Positions 7,573-16,737 of a DNA stretch of 32,000 nucleotides are shown here, in pieces. Within the stretch, counting starts at the first letter, position 1. Each line of letters begins with the position of its first letter. The stretch is taken from assembly GCA_964510585.1 (NCBI GenBank), contig CAZECW010000187.1, positions 60,001 to 92,000 on the forward strand, read 5' to 3'. The notes under the pieces were generated by a model. That model ran no database searches. It saw only the letters and a program-made list of their open reading frames with translations, and was not told the DNA's origin. This DNA is from an uncultured archaeon. Lineage in GTDB: Archaea; Asgardarchaeota; Jordiarchaeia; Jordiarchaeales; Jordiarchaeaceae. A program made the translations under genes and the position numbers.

Positions 7573-8601
7573 TTATGGTTTGAAGAACTGTTCAAGGCGG
7601 GATTGGGCCTTGACCTTTTCCTCTTCCCTTACGCGCTCCAGTGCCTTTTGCACCCTCTCTCTGGAGAAGTCATGTTCATCACAGAGTATGGAGTACACCT
7701 GATTTTTATCTACGGGTTCCCACTTTATCTTGTAGTTGTCAGTTAACTGGGGCTTAAGGAATAACTTTTTAATTTCTTCCACTGGCGGAAAAATCTCCAG
7801 TTTTTCTTCCTCCACTACTTTTTCTATGCTTCCCTTCTCCTTTATCAGTTTTAGCGCAGTTTTCACACCTATCCCCTTAACTCCCTCATTATAGTCTGTG
7901 CCAAGCAAGATTCCTATACCTATCAACTGCTCACACGTGATTCCAAGGCTCTCCAGATTCTCATCAAGCAATACAAGTTCCGGCTCCACCCTAACATAAA
8001 CGTCTCTCTTGGGCAATTTCCTTCTTCCCGATATTGTGAGATTTCGCACCAAGCGGGGGGAACCATAAAGTAGGGAATCATAGTCCTGGCTGGCAACCCC
8101 CCAAGCATCTCCCCGACGCGCCATGTAGGACGCTTGAGCCTCTCCCTCCGAAGGAGCCTGTACGTAGGGTACACCCATAGCCTCCAATAGCCTTTTGCTC
8201 TCCTCAACCATCTCGTCTGTCAACTTTGATGAGGCCTGAGCAAACTTCCTAGCCTCCTCCAAGTCCCCCTTCTCAAGAGCCTCCTCCCACCTCTTGGCCG
8301 CTTCCCTCCTAATTTTTACTCTCTCCTCCACAGTTTCCAATTTTAGTTCTGGAGGTTCACCATCAAACACGTAAACCGGCTTAATCCCCGCCTCCAGCAA
8401 GTTGATCGTCCTATAAAAAATACCGCTCAAGTGAGAGGTAATGTTACCCCTACTATCCATAAGGCTGGTGCCATCAGGCTGCCTAATTATCGCCAGAAAC
8501 TGGTAAAGAGCATTCATAGCATCTATAGCAATCACACGGCCCGAAAGCTCCTTCAAATCTATCTGCCGAAAAGACAACAAGTCCCTAAGATTCACTCCCA
8601 T
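7573..8601 (-). CDS. fen: Flap endonuclease 1
   Basis: MGVNL, IAIDAMNALYQFL, APSEGEAQA, SQDYDSLLYG and GTDYNEG motifs; C-terminal PIP box QSRLEQFF; ATG at 8601. Confidence 0.97.
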   Translation of the reverse strand: MGVNLRDLLSFRQIDLKELSGRVIAIDAMNALYQFLAIIRQPDGTSLMDSRGNITSHLSGIFYRTINLLEAGIKPVYVFDGEPPELKLETVEERVKIRREAAKRWEEALEKGDLEEARKFAQASSKLTDEMVEESKRLLEAMGVPYVQAPSEGEAQASYMARRGDAWGVASQDYDSLLYGSPRLVRNLTISGRRKLPKRDVYVRVEPELVLLDENLESLGITCEQLIGIGILLGTDYNEGVKGIGVKTALKLIKEKGSIEKVVEEEKLEIFPPVEEIKKLFLKPQLTDNYKIKWEPVDKNQVYSILCDEHDFSRERVQKALERVREEEKVKAQSRLEQFFKP

Positions 8602-8817
8602 AACCAAACACCCAAACCCAATTCACCGTTCAAGAATAAACTTTTTGAAAAATAGTATTATAACCTATCTACTTATCCTTTTTTATCAGAAAACATCACA
8701 CAAAAAACTTATCCCAGCTAGTTCAATCAGATCGTCCCAAAAATATGGGAGGAGGAAGCCAAAACAATTTTTATGGGCGGAATACCCGCAACAAATCTAT
8801 CCCCTAAACCATTTATC

Positions 8818-9081
8818 TTAGTCCTCTCCAATTGCCAGAAACTCCTGTCCAGGCTTAATTAGCTCCACCCTTCTTCTGGTTTTCGTTATTCTAGAAACAT
8901 GAATTATTCCCTCAATCTCAAGAGACATCAAAACATCATTAAGCTCGGTATCGGAAACCGGCATATTCTCCTTTTCCAAACTAGCCATCAGCTCATCATC
9001 CAAAATGATACCCTGACGCTTATTCAAAATAGCAATAATCATATTCTTCAAAGGAATACTTTTCCACAGACCGTTGCCCAA
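8818..9081 (-). CDS. Small conserved archaeal winged-helix-like protein
   Basis: AGGAGG before TTG; LN..LM.LEIEG.I.VS..TK.RRRVE wing pattern; 87 aa. Confidence 0.7.
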   Translation of the reverse strand: MGNGLWKSIPLKNMIIAILNKRQGIILDDELMASLEKENMPVSDTELNDVLMSLEIEGIIHVSRITKTRRRVELIKPGQEFLAIGED

Positions 9082-9483
9082 AAGGAAGCCTCCTGAAAAC
9101 CATCAACACACTTTACAAGTAAAATACAAAAAATCCAATTTAAATAAAACACATACACAATTAAAACCTTTCTACAAGCAACGCAAAAAAACAAAGACTT
9201 ACTCCACACCCCACAATAAAACTCTAAAAAACAAAAGACACTTCACATCTACACAGCCCCATTATCCCATCTCACCAGCAAAATCCTAAAGGACCAACAC
9301 AAAAATTCCCAGCTAACCCCTACTGCACAATCCGAAATTAAGAATCCAAAAATCCAAACAAAACAAGTGCTTATCACAATAAAAATGGGCAGTAGCCAAA
9401 AATTAGGCATTTACAAAATATAATGTTCCACATCCCCCCTTCTTTCAAATAATTGAGGGAGAGATTTTGGGAGACCTACCGAA

Positions 9484-10251
9484 TCACTCCTCCACAATCG
9501 CCACGGGACGACACCAACCAGCTGACGCCCCAGTAATCTTTATCGGAAAACAAGCCACCTTAAACCCAAACGGCCTAGGAATCTTATCCAAATTCGCAAG
9601 CTTCTCAATATGACAATACTCCCTATCCCTACCCGCAAAATGCGCCTCCCATATAATGTTCCTATTCCTAGTTCTCTCAAACTCCTCCCTAATAGATACG
9701 AAGGGGCGGTCAAACCCCCAGGAATCAATACCCATTATTTTGACACCTTGGTCGCAGAGCCAAATTGTTGATTCTCTACCCATGCCGCAGCCTCGATTAA
9801 GGTATTCCGGGGTGCCCCAGTACTTGTCAACCCCGGTCATGATTAGTACAATGTCTAGAGGTTTGATCCTGTACTTAATCTTATTCAGGGCATTTTTAAT
9901 GTCTTGAACGGTTATGACGGAGCCGTCAGGTTTGTGCCTCATATCCAACACTACACCATCGCTGAAACACCACTCCAAAGGAATCTCATCAATGGTTTTG
10001 GACTTTTTACCCTCAGACGTTGGGAAATAGTGCCACGGCGCGTCAAGGTGGGTACCCGTATGAGTCTGCAGCTTAATTGTATCATTAGCCCAACCCAAAC
10101 CATCGGGCAAATCCGAGTCCCCTGCACCAAAAACCAACTTCATCAGCTCCGCTCCCTTCTTATGATCCTCATGCGCGATCTCGGGCAAAACAAATTCACT
10201 TGGGACAGACTCAATGGGAACACTCAAATCAATAAATCTAAGCCTACCCAT
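9484..10251 (-). CDS. Cyclase family protein (kynurenine formamidase-like metal-dependent hydrolase)
   Basis: FIDLS, HTGTHLDAPWH (HxGTHxDxPxH), GIDSWGFD, HIEKLANL and FPIKI.GASAG motifs; ATG at 10251 after GGAGG. Confidence 0.9.
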   Translation of the reverse strand: MGRLRFIDLSVPIESVPSEFVLPEIAHEDHKKGAELMKLVFGAGDSDLPDGLGWANDTIKLQTHTGTHLDAPWHYFPTSEGKKSKTIDEIPLEWCFSDGVVLDMRHKPDGSVITVQDIKNALNKIKYRIKPLDIVLIMTGVDKYWGTPEYLNRGCGMGRESTIWLCDQGVKIMGIDSWGFDRPFVSIREEFERTRNRNIIWEAHFAGRDREYCHIEKLANLDKIPRPFGFKVACFPIKITGASAGWCRPVAIVEE

Positions 10252-10433
10252 ACCAAAACCTCCCAAAAACATACATAATACAAAGTTATACAAGACGAAA
10301 TATAAAAAAATATTCTTCTTCTAGCGTAACTTCTGCAAAATAAAAGTTTTGATAAAAAAATGGGGAACATTAATCCAAAACCAAACAAAAATTGGGAAGC
10401 AACCTATTATTAAAAACCGCCGAAAAGGAAGGG

Positions 10434-12683
10434 TTAAACCACATGGGAAACCGGAGGAGCCGCCTGGTAGAATCTTTCCTCCACCCTCTCATACCACCGC
10501 ATCATGTCTGGTGTGACAGTTGGATGAATCTTTTTCAAAGCAGCCTCAAAATGTCGCATATAAACCTTATCCGCATTTATGTCTTCTCGAAGAGCCAGGA
10601 TAGCTGCCTCACGGCACACTGCCTCAATATCTGCCCCAACAAAGTTTTTAGCTTCCCTATTCAACTTTTCAAGATCCACGTCATCGCCGAGAGGCATGCC
10701 TCTTCCCCGCGTGTATAACTCAAATATCTGTAAGCGTGCAGCATCATCAGGAGCAGGAACCAGAATTAAGCGGTCAAAACGGCCCGGACGCAAAAGCGCA
10801 GGGTCTAAAATATCAGGACGATTAGTAGCAGCAATCACAACCACATCATGTAAAGTCTCCAAACCATCAATCTCAGTTAGGAGAGAACTAATCACCCTCT
10901 CAGTAACCTGTGAGTCGCCAGCACCCATACCCCTACGTGGCGCCAATGCATCGAATTCATCAAAGAAAATGATGGCCGGCGACGCAAGACGCGCCTTCCG
11001 AAAAACCTCACGCACTGCCTTCTCAGATTCTCCAACCCACTTCGATAGCAGCTCGGGGCCCTTTACTGGTATGAAGTTTGCTTCGGATTCTGTTGCTACT
11101 GCTCGTGCTAACAAAGTTTTGCCGCATCCCGGAGGCCCGTATAGTAGTACTCCTTTTGGTGGTTGTACTCCCATTCTGGTGAATGCTTCGGGGTTTTTTA
11201 GGGGCCATTCTACTGCTTCTCTGAGTTGTTGTTTTACTTCTTCTAGTCCTCCGATTTCTTCCCAGTGTACTGTTGGTACTTCTATGAGTACTTCTCTTAT
11301 GGCTGAGGGTTGGATTTCTTTGAGTGCGTTTATGAAGTCTTCTTGGGTTACTTCCATAGATTCGAGGATGTGGGTGGGGATGGTTTCTTCTTCTAGGTCG
11401 ATTCTGGGTAGGTATCTTCTTAGTGCTTTCATGGCTGCTTCTCGGCAGAGTGCTTCGAGGTCTGCTCCTACGAATCCGTGTGTGGTTTGGGCTAGTTGTA
11501 TTATGTCTACGTTGTCTGCGATGGGCATTCCTCTTATGTGGATTTGTAGGATTTCTATGCGTCCCTGTTTGTCGGGTACGCTGATTTCTATTTCTCTGTC
11601 GAATCTTCCGGGTCTTCTGAGTGCGGGGTCGAGTGCGTTTACTCTGTTTGTGGCTCCTATTACTATGACTTTTCCTCTGCCTTTTAGTCCGTCCATGAGT
11701 GCTAATAGTTGGGCTACTACTCTTCTTTCCACTTCCCCTGTTACTTCTTCACGTTTGGGTGCTATGGAGTCTAGTTCGTCTAGGAATATGATGCTGGGGG
11801 CGTTGTCTTCGGCTTCTTTGAATATTTCTCGGAGTTTCTTTTCTGATTCTCCGTAGAATTTTGACATGATTTCGGGTCCGTTTATTGATATGAAGTGGGC
11901 TTCGGCTTCGTTAGCAACAGCTTTGGCGATAAGTGTCTTTCCACATCCCGGCGGCCCATGGAGTAGTACTCCTTTTGGTGGTTCTATTCCTAGGCGTTTA
12001 AATAGTTCGGGGTGTTTTAGTGGTAGTTCTATCATTTCTCTTACTTTTTGTATTTCTTCGTGTAGTCCTCCTATGTCTTCGTATGTTATTTGGGGTATCC
12101 CTGTGGGGATTTCTGTGAGGGGTTTTTCGCTGATGCGTAGTTCTGTTTGGGGTTTTACTATGACGATTCCTTTTGGTGTGGTTTTTACTACTACGAAGAG
12201 GATGGCTCGGCTTAGGACTGTGATGTGTATGGTGTCTCCTTGGTTTACGGGGTGTCCTACGAGTTTGCTTTTTACGAAGCGCTCGAAGCGTTCTTCTACT
12301 GGGAATCTTACGCTGGTTGGGGCTAGTATTACTGATGTGGCTGGTTTTTCGTTGGCTTTTCTGATGATTACTTTGTCGCCTAGGCTTACGTTGGCGTTTC
12401 GTCTTAGGTATCCGTCCATTCGGACTAGTCCTTTGTCTTTGTCTTCGGGGTATGCTGGCCAGGCTATGGCGGCGGTGGTTTTTTTGCCTCTTATTTCTAC
12501 TATGTCTCCTGTTTGGATGCCTAGTTTTTCCATTGCGGCGTTATCTATTCTTACTATGAATCTTCCTGCGTCGCGCTTCTGCGCTTCTTCTACACGTAGC
12601 TCTATATCTACCAATTTGACACCAACTTCAAATTTTTTGGAGGGTTTTTGAGCATCGGTTGTAAAGGGGTATTCTCTACTCAT
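10434..12683 (-). CDS. cdc48: CDC48/VCP family AAA+ ATPase
   Basis: N-domain ([24 protein letters not shown]); two AAA modules with GPPGCGKT Walker A, IIFLDE/IIFFDE Walker B and [20 protein letters not shown]. Start placed at ATG 12683. Confidence 0.96.
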   Translation of the reverse strand: MSREYPFTTDAQKPSKKFEVGVKLVDIELRVEEAQKRDAGRFIVRIDNAAMEKLGIQTGDIVEIRGKKTTAAIAWPAYPEDKDKGLVRMDGYLRRNANVSLGDKVIIRKANEKPATSVILAPTSVRFPVEERFERFVKSKLVGHPVNQGDTIHITVLSRAILFVVVKTTPKGIVIVKPQTELRISEKPLTEIPTGIPQITYEDIGGLHEEIQKVREMIELPLKHPELFKRLGIEPPKGVLLHGPPGCGKTLIAKAVANEAEAHFISINGPEIMSKFYGESEKKLREIFKEAEDNAPSIIFLDELDSIAPKREEVTGEVERRVVAQLLALMDGLKGRGKVIVIGATNRVNALDPALRRPGRFDREIEISVPDKQGRIEILQIHIRGMPIADNVDIIQLAQTTHGFVGADLEALCREAAMKALRRYLPRIDLEEETIPTHILESMEVTQEDFINALKEIQPSAIREVLIEVPTVHWEEIGGLEEVKQQLREAVEWPLKNPEAFTRMGVQPPKGVLLYGPPGCGKTLLARAVATESEANFIPVKGPELLSKWVGESEKAVREVFRKARLASPAIIFFDEFDALAPRRGMGAGDSQVTERVISSLLTEIDGLETLHDVVVIAATNRPDILDPALLRPGRFDRLILVPAPDDAARLQIFELYTRGRGMPLGDDVDLEKLNREAKNFVGADIEAVCREAAILALREDINADKVYMRHFEAALKKIHPTVTPDMMRWYERVEERFYQAAPPVSHVV

Positions 12684-12908
12684 TACATTTGTTTTTGTTA
12701 GATTTAAAAACATTGTCTTGGTTGCACTAGTATTTGTGGCTTTTTTCCGGTTTTTGTGGTCTGGTTTCAGGTATGTGTGGTGGTTTCTTTTGGGTAGTGG
12801 CTTTTATTGGGGGGTAAAAATAGTTTTTGGGTTGTCTTTGTTTGGTTATTTGGTTTTTGGGATGGGGTTTTTGGTGGTTTTTTGGTTTTTGTTTTGTGTT
12901 TATTTGAT

Positions 12909-13175
12909 TTATATTCTTCTTACCATTTCGACTTCGATTTGGCTGACTTCTTCTATTTCTGATATTGCTTTTTCAACGTGGTCTGTTCCCCCCTCGGCTT
13001 CTGGTAGTACTATGTTTAGTCTTAGGGCTTTTAGTCCAAATGCGATTGGGACTTCTGAAGAGCTGTGTATTTTGGCTCCTTGGGGGAGATTTTTTTCTAT
13101 TTTTTCCTTTAGTTTTTCCAAGTTTACTTCGGTTGATTCCGGAAATATTTTTATGGTGGCTACGACTTTTGCCAA
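12909..13175 (-). CDS. ef1b: Elongation factor 1-beta
   Basis: KIFPES.EVNLE, VPIAFGLKAL and EGGTDHVE motifs; TTG at 13175 after GAGGTG. Confidence 0.95.
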   Translation of the reverse strand: MAKVVATIKIFPESTEVNLEKLKEKIEKNLPQGAKIHSSSEVPIAFGLKALRLNIVLPEAEGGTDHVEKAISEIEEVSQIEVEMVRRI

Positions 13176-13196
13176 ATGTTGCACCTCTTTCCTTTT

Positions 13197-13373
13197 TTAT
13201 GGTCCTTCAAAATTACATAGGGGACACTTGAAAGTGTTTGAGAATAGTCTGCACCTTTCGCAGCGCCAGATGGTATATTTGCCGCAGTTGGGGCAGGGGA
13301 ACCTTACTGCTCCCTTTTCAGGTGACACTATTTTGCCACAGCTTGTGCACAGTTGCGGTTTGATTTCAGACAT
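13197..13373 (-). CDS. HVO_2753-like (DUF1610) Zn-ribbon RNA-binding protein, 58 aa, absent from the ORF track
   Basis: Hand translation MSEIKPQLCTSCGKIVSPEKGAVRFPCPNCGKYTIWRCERCRLFSNTFKCPLCNFEGP: four CxxC motifs, C-terminal F.GP, canonical position upstream of ef1b. Confidence 0.92.
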   Translation of the reverse strand: MSEIKPQLCTSCGKIVSPEKGAVRFPCPNCGKYTIWRCERCRLFSNTFKCPLCNFEGP

Positions 13374-13478
13374 AGTTATCCTCCTGTCTTCTGAGTTTAT
13401 TTGTTGTTCCCACTTAGAACTCGAGGGTTTTTAAATTTATGTTGTCTCTACTTAAAATATTTATTCAAACTTTCAAGG

Positions 13479-14711
13479 TTATTGTATATTTTTTCCTGTC
13501 TTCTTTTTTATTGGTATGACTGAGGCTAGGAAGTTTAGTAGGATGCTGATGGAGAGCGAGGGTTTTAAGAGTATTTTCCTAATCACTCCTGACTCGAAGT
13601 CCATGTCTCCCACTTCTTCTATGACTGTGTGGAACTCTTCTCGGGTAAGTGTTTCGAAAAGTCTGTCCAGGGTTCTATCCTCCATTCTGTTTAGAATTTT
13701 TCTGGCCAAGAGCATAGAGTTGAACTCTCTGGAGAGCAGTTTTTTCCACTTTTTCTGATACGCTGAGAGTCTCCCTCCACTCACGTTTTTTTCGTTGACC
13801 GCTTCGGCGGCGACTTCACCTGCAATCTGTGCGCATAGTCCGCCCATAATCACCCCTCCTCCTGTTGTTGGCTTCACCTGTCCAGCTGCGTCGCCTACGA
13901 CTAGAAATCCGTCGGTGTAGGTCTTTGGGATTGGCCCGCTTAGGATTATGCTGCCGCCAAACTTTTTGACTGGAACGGCGTGCAAGAGCTTTTTTGAGGC
14001 TATGGGATGATTTTTAATAAATTTTTCTAGATATTTTAGGGCGTGATGGTGAGCGCCGAGTCCCACTCTTGCGGTGTTCTCACCTGTGGGGATTATCCAG
14101 GCAAAGAATCCTGGTGCCACCTTGTTTCCGAGGAATATTTCCACCTCTTCTGGGTTTACCTGAGCGTTTTTCACCTCAATTTGAACTCCCGGTATTATTC
14201 CTCTGGATACGGCGGCCAGCCCCATTTCTCGAACAAATTTTCCTCTTACTCCCTCGGCGTCGATTATGACTTTAGTTTTAAAATGTTGCTCTTTTTTCTG
14301 TGAAACTTTTAGGATTTTGATTTCGCCCATTTTTACAGATAAGACCTTGGTGCCTGTAAATAGTGACACGTTTTCTTTTTGGGCGAGGCTTGCTAGGTAC
14401 TGGTCAAGTAGGGGACGGTTAACAACATACGCTTGAGTGTTTCTGCGTGAAACGCTAAACGTTGCGCCTTGGGGGGAATAAAATGTGGCGCCCTTAACCC
14501 TGTTTAGGATGCATTCCTTTGGAACATTTATGTTCAGCCGCCTGAATCCGGTTGTACTGATTAGGCCCGCGCAGTGCTCTGGCAGGCCTACATAGGGGTG
14601 TTCCTCGATTATTGCAACTTTTACGCCTTTTTTGGCAGCGTTTTGAGAGGCTATTGCTCCTGATGGTCCGCAGCCGATCACAATTATGTCGAAGTTTTGT
14701 TCTGGAGCGAT
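13479..14711 (-). CDS. Geranylgeranyl reductase family FAD-dependent oxidoreductase (DGGGPL reductase-like); start codon uncertain
   Basis: FDIIVIGCGPSG FAD motif, HCAGLIS, IIDAEG, FFAWIIP and VVGDAAGQVKPTTGGG motifs. The frame is open to ATC 14711, then TGA. Confidence 0.9.
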   Translation of the reverse strand: MAPEQNFDIIVIGCGPSGAIASQNAAKKGVKVAIIEEHPYVGLPEHCAGLISTTGFRRLNINVPKECILNRVKGATFYSPQGATFSVSRRNTQAYVVNRPLLDQYLASLAQKENVSLFTGTKVLSVKMGEIKILKVSQKKEQHFKTKVIIDAEGVRGKFVREMGLAAVSRGIIPGVQIEVKNAQVNPEEVEIFLGNKVAPGFFAWIIPTGENTARVGLGAHHHALKYLEKFIKNHPIASKKLLHAVPVKKFGGSIILSGPIPKTYTDGFLVVGDAAGQVKPTTGGGVIMGGLCAQIAGEVAAEAVNEKNVSGGRLSAYQKKWKKLLSREFNSMLLARKILNRMEDRTLDRLFETLTREEFHTVIEEVGDMDFESGVIRKILLKPSLSISILLNFLASVIPIKKKTGKNIQ

Positions 14712-14893
14712 TTTTCATCCCACCTTGTGGGCATTTTTGGTTAAAAATGTTTAAGTGGGGTTATTTTTAAGGGTTACAGAAAAACACTTTAAACTCTAGC
14801 CATATAGAAGGGAAACAGGTATGACATTTTAAAGGAACTATTTAGGTGTGCTCATCTTTTACGTTTCCTCTTTGCTAAAGGAGTCGCTTTGAA

Positions 14894-15250
14894 ATGTTTG
14901 AGTACAAAATGGCAATTTTGGTACGAACCGATTTAAAAATGAGTAAGGGAAAAATCGCGGCACAGGTGGCGCATGCAGCGGTTTCAGCCTCAGAGGAAGC
15001 TAGGAAGAGGAATCCGGACTGGTGGGGGAAATGGATGAATGAGGGCCAGAAGAAGGTTGTGGTTAAGGTAAAATCTTTGGATGAACTTAAAAGGTATGAG
15101 TACCAAGCGATTAGGAATAAGATTCCCCATTCTTTAATAATTGATAGGGGTCTCACGGAAATACCGCCTGGCACTGTTACTGCTCTTGCTATCGGACCGG
15201 CGCCAGAATCACTCATAGACAGTATTACGGGCGGGCTACCTCTGCTTTAG
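14894..15250 (+). CDS. pth2: Peptidyl-tRNA hydrolase 2
   Basis: YKMAILVRTDLKMSKGKIAAQVAHAAV, GQKKVVVKV, DRGLTEIPPGT.T.LAIGPAP motifs. Confidence 0.96.
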   Translation: MFEYKMAILVRTDLKMSKGKIAAQVAHAAVSASEEARKRNPDWWGKWMNEGQKKVVVKVKSLDELKRYEYQAIRNKIPHSLIIDRGLTEIPPGTVTALAIGPAPESLIDSITGGLPLL

Positions 15251-15267
15251 CAAATGTCGGTGAGATT

Positions 15268-16641
15268 ATGAGTGAACTAGAAAAAATCATTGGAATAGAG
15301 TTTTTCGCTACCAAGTCTAAAGGAATAGGAGGAGAACTCAGGAAGAGATGGGAGGACTTCGTAGTGGAGGAAATAACTCCCCAAAAGGAGATACTTTACG
15401 CTCTAGGCCCCAATTCCGAAACAAGCAGACCGGATGGTGAGCATGGAAATGGAGGAGAAACTGTGGGGGATTATACTATTTTTACTCTTGAGAGGCACGG
15501 TTTGTATAATACATTTGAGGCTTTGGATAAAATTGCTCATAGTTTGAGGATTGGAATAAAAAGGTTTTCCTATGCGGGGGTGAAGGATAAAAGGGCGGTT
15601 ACAACCCAAAGGGTTAGTGTTTGGAGGGTTGACCCAGAGAGACTGAAAAAACTGAATATTAAGGGACTTTACATAAGGGATGTGCGTAGGGGCGCGGAAG
15701 CTGTTAAGCTTGGAGATTTATGGGGCAACCACTTTCGTATCACTGTTAGAGGTATAAACTTGGAAAAGTCGGAGGTGGAGCTAATAGTTAAGAAAACCTG
15801 TGATGAGATAGCGGATTTGGGTGGTGTCCCCAACTTTTTTGGCTATCAAAGATTTGGGCTTCGGAGACCCTTGTCTCACCTTGTGGGAACTAAGCTGGTT
15901 AAGAACGAGTTTAGGGAGGCTGCAATGCTATTTTTAGCAAAAGCTTATCCCCTTGAAGGAATGGATGCCCAAGAGGCGCGTAATTATTTGTATGAGACTG
16001 GAGACTTTGCTGGAGCTTTGAAAAAGTTTCCCAAGCGCCTAACTTTTGAGAGAACAATGTTAAAGCATTTGTCTCAACATCCCAATGATATTCTGGGCGC
16101 CTTTAGGCGGATTCAAAGAGGTCTACTTATGATGTTTATACATGCCACGCAGTCTTACCTATTTAATAGAATTCTTAGTCTAAGGCATAAATGCGGTCTC
16201 CCACTAAACAGTGCTGTGGTGGGGGATATTGTGGCTCCAGTTCAGGGTGCTTCGCCGAGAGATTATATGCTGGTCACGGAAGAAAACATTTCAAAAATAA
16301 ACGAGCAGGTTAAATCTGGAACATTGGGCGTTGCAATACCTTTGATAGGGTATGATATAACTCTTCCCATGTTTCAGCCAGGGGAGCTGGTAGAAAAAAT
16401 TTTACAGGAAGAGGGTTTAAGTCCAAGCATGTTTAGACTTCAATCTATACCTGAGATAAGTTCAAAAGGAGGATACCGACTAATACTCTCAAAAGTATCT
16501 GACTTGAAAGTGTTGGACATAAGTGAAGATGAGTATAGTGAAAACGCGATTAAACTTACAATTTCCTTCTCGCTGTCCAAGGGCAGTTACGCCACAATGG
16601 TGCTCAGAGAATTTATGAAAACAGAACCCACAAAGTATTAG
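15268..16641 (+). CDS. truD: tRNA pseudouridine(13) synthase
   Basis: EDFVVEE, YAGVKDKRAVT.Q, GDLWGNHF.I, PNFFGYQRFG, HATQSYLFN and FSLSKGSYATMVLRE motifs. Confidence 0.96.
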   Translation: MSELEKIIGIEFFATKSKGIGGELRKRWEDFVVEEITPQKEILYALGPNSETSRPDGEHGNGGETVGDYTIFTLERHGLYNTFEALDKIAHSLRIGIKRFSYAGVKDKRAVTTQRVSVWRVDPERLKKLNIKGLYIRDVRRGAEAVKLGDLWGNHFRITVRGINLEKSEVELIVKKTCDEIADLGGVPNFFGYQRFGLRRPLSHLVGTKLVKNEFREAAMLFLAKAYPLEGMDAQEARNYLYETGDFAGALKKFPKRLTFERTMLKHLSQHPNDILGAFRRIQRGLLMMFIHATQSYLFNRILSLRHKCGLPLNSAVVGDIVAPVQGASPRDYMLVTEENISKINEQVKSGTLGVAIPLIGYDITLPMFQPGELVEKILQEEGLSPSMFRLQSIPEISSKGGYRLILSKVSDLKVLDISEDEYSENAIKLTISFSLSKGSYATMVLREFMKTEPTKY

Positions 16642-16737
16642 TAAAAAGTGAAGAACAATAAATTAATTAGTAATTGATACTTCTCATCGAAGACCGTGAA
16701 GGAATTTAAAACAGCAATCCGTCGGAGGTAAAACATA

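Noticed and set aside
8680-8700. Minus-strand GTGATG...CTGA as a C/D box or K-loop RNA
   Set aside because: Box C is imperfect, with no second box pair or guide region; too short to support.
9074-9289. Lys/His/Thr-rich 71-aa ORF
   Set aside because: Translation of the A+C-rich spacer; no RBS or motif.
10579-11856. 425-aa plus-strand ORF, and 11866-12651
   Set aside because: Antisense shadows of cdc48 with Ser-rich composition and no motifs.
12718-13434. 238-aa hydrophobic-looking plus-strand ORF
   Set aside because: Artefact of the G+T-rich spacer plus the antisense of ef1b and the Zn-ribbon gene.
15385-15475. Low-complexity insert in truD (SETSRPDGEHGNGGETVG) as an in-frame intron
   Set aside because: I found no BHB or hairpin at its borders, and it lies in a naturally variable region of TruD.
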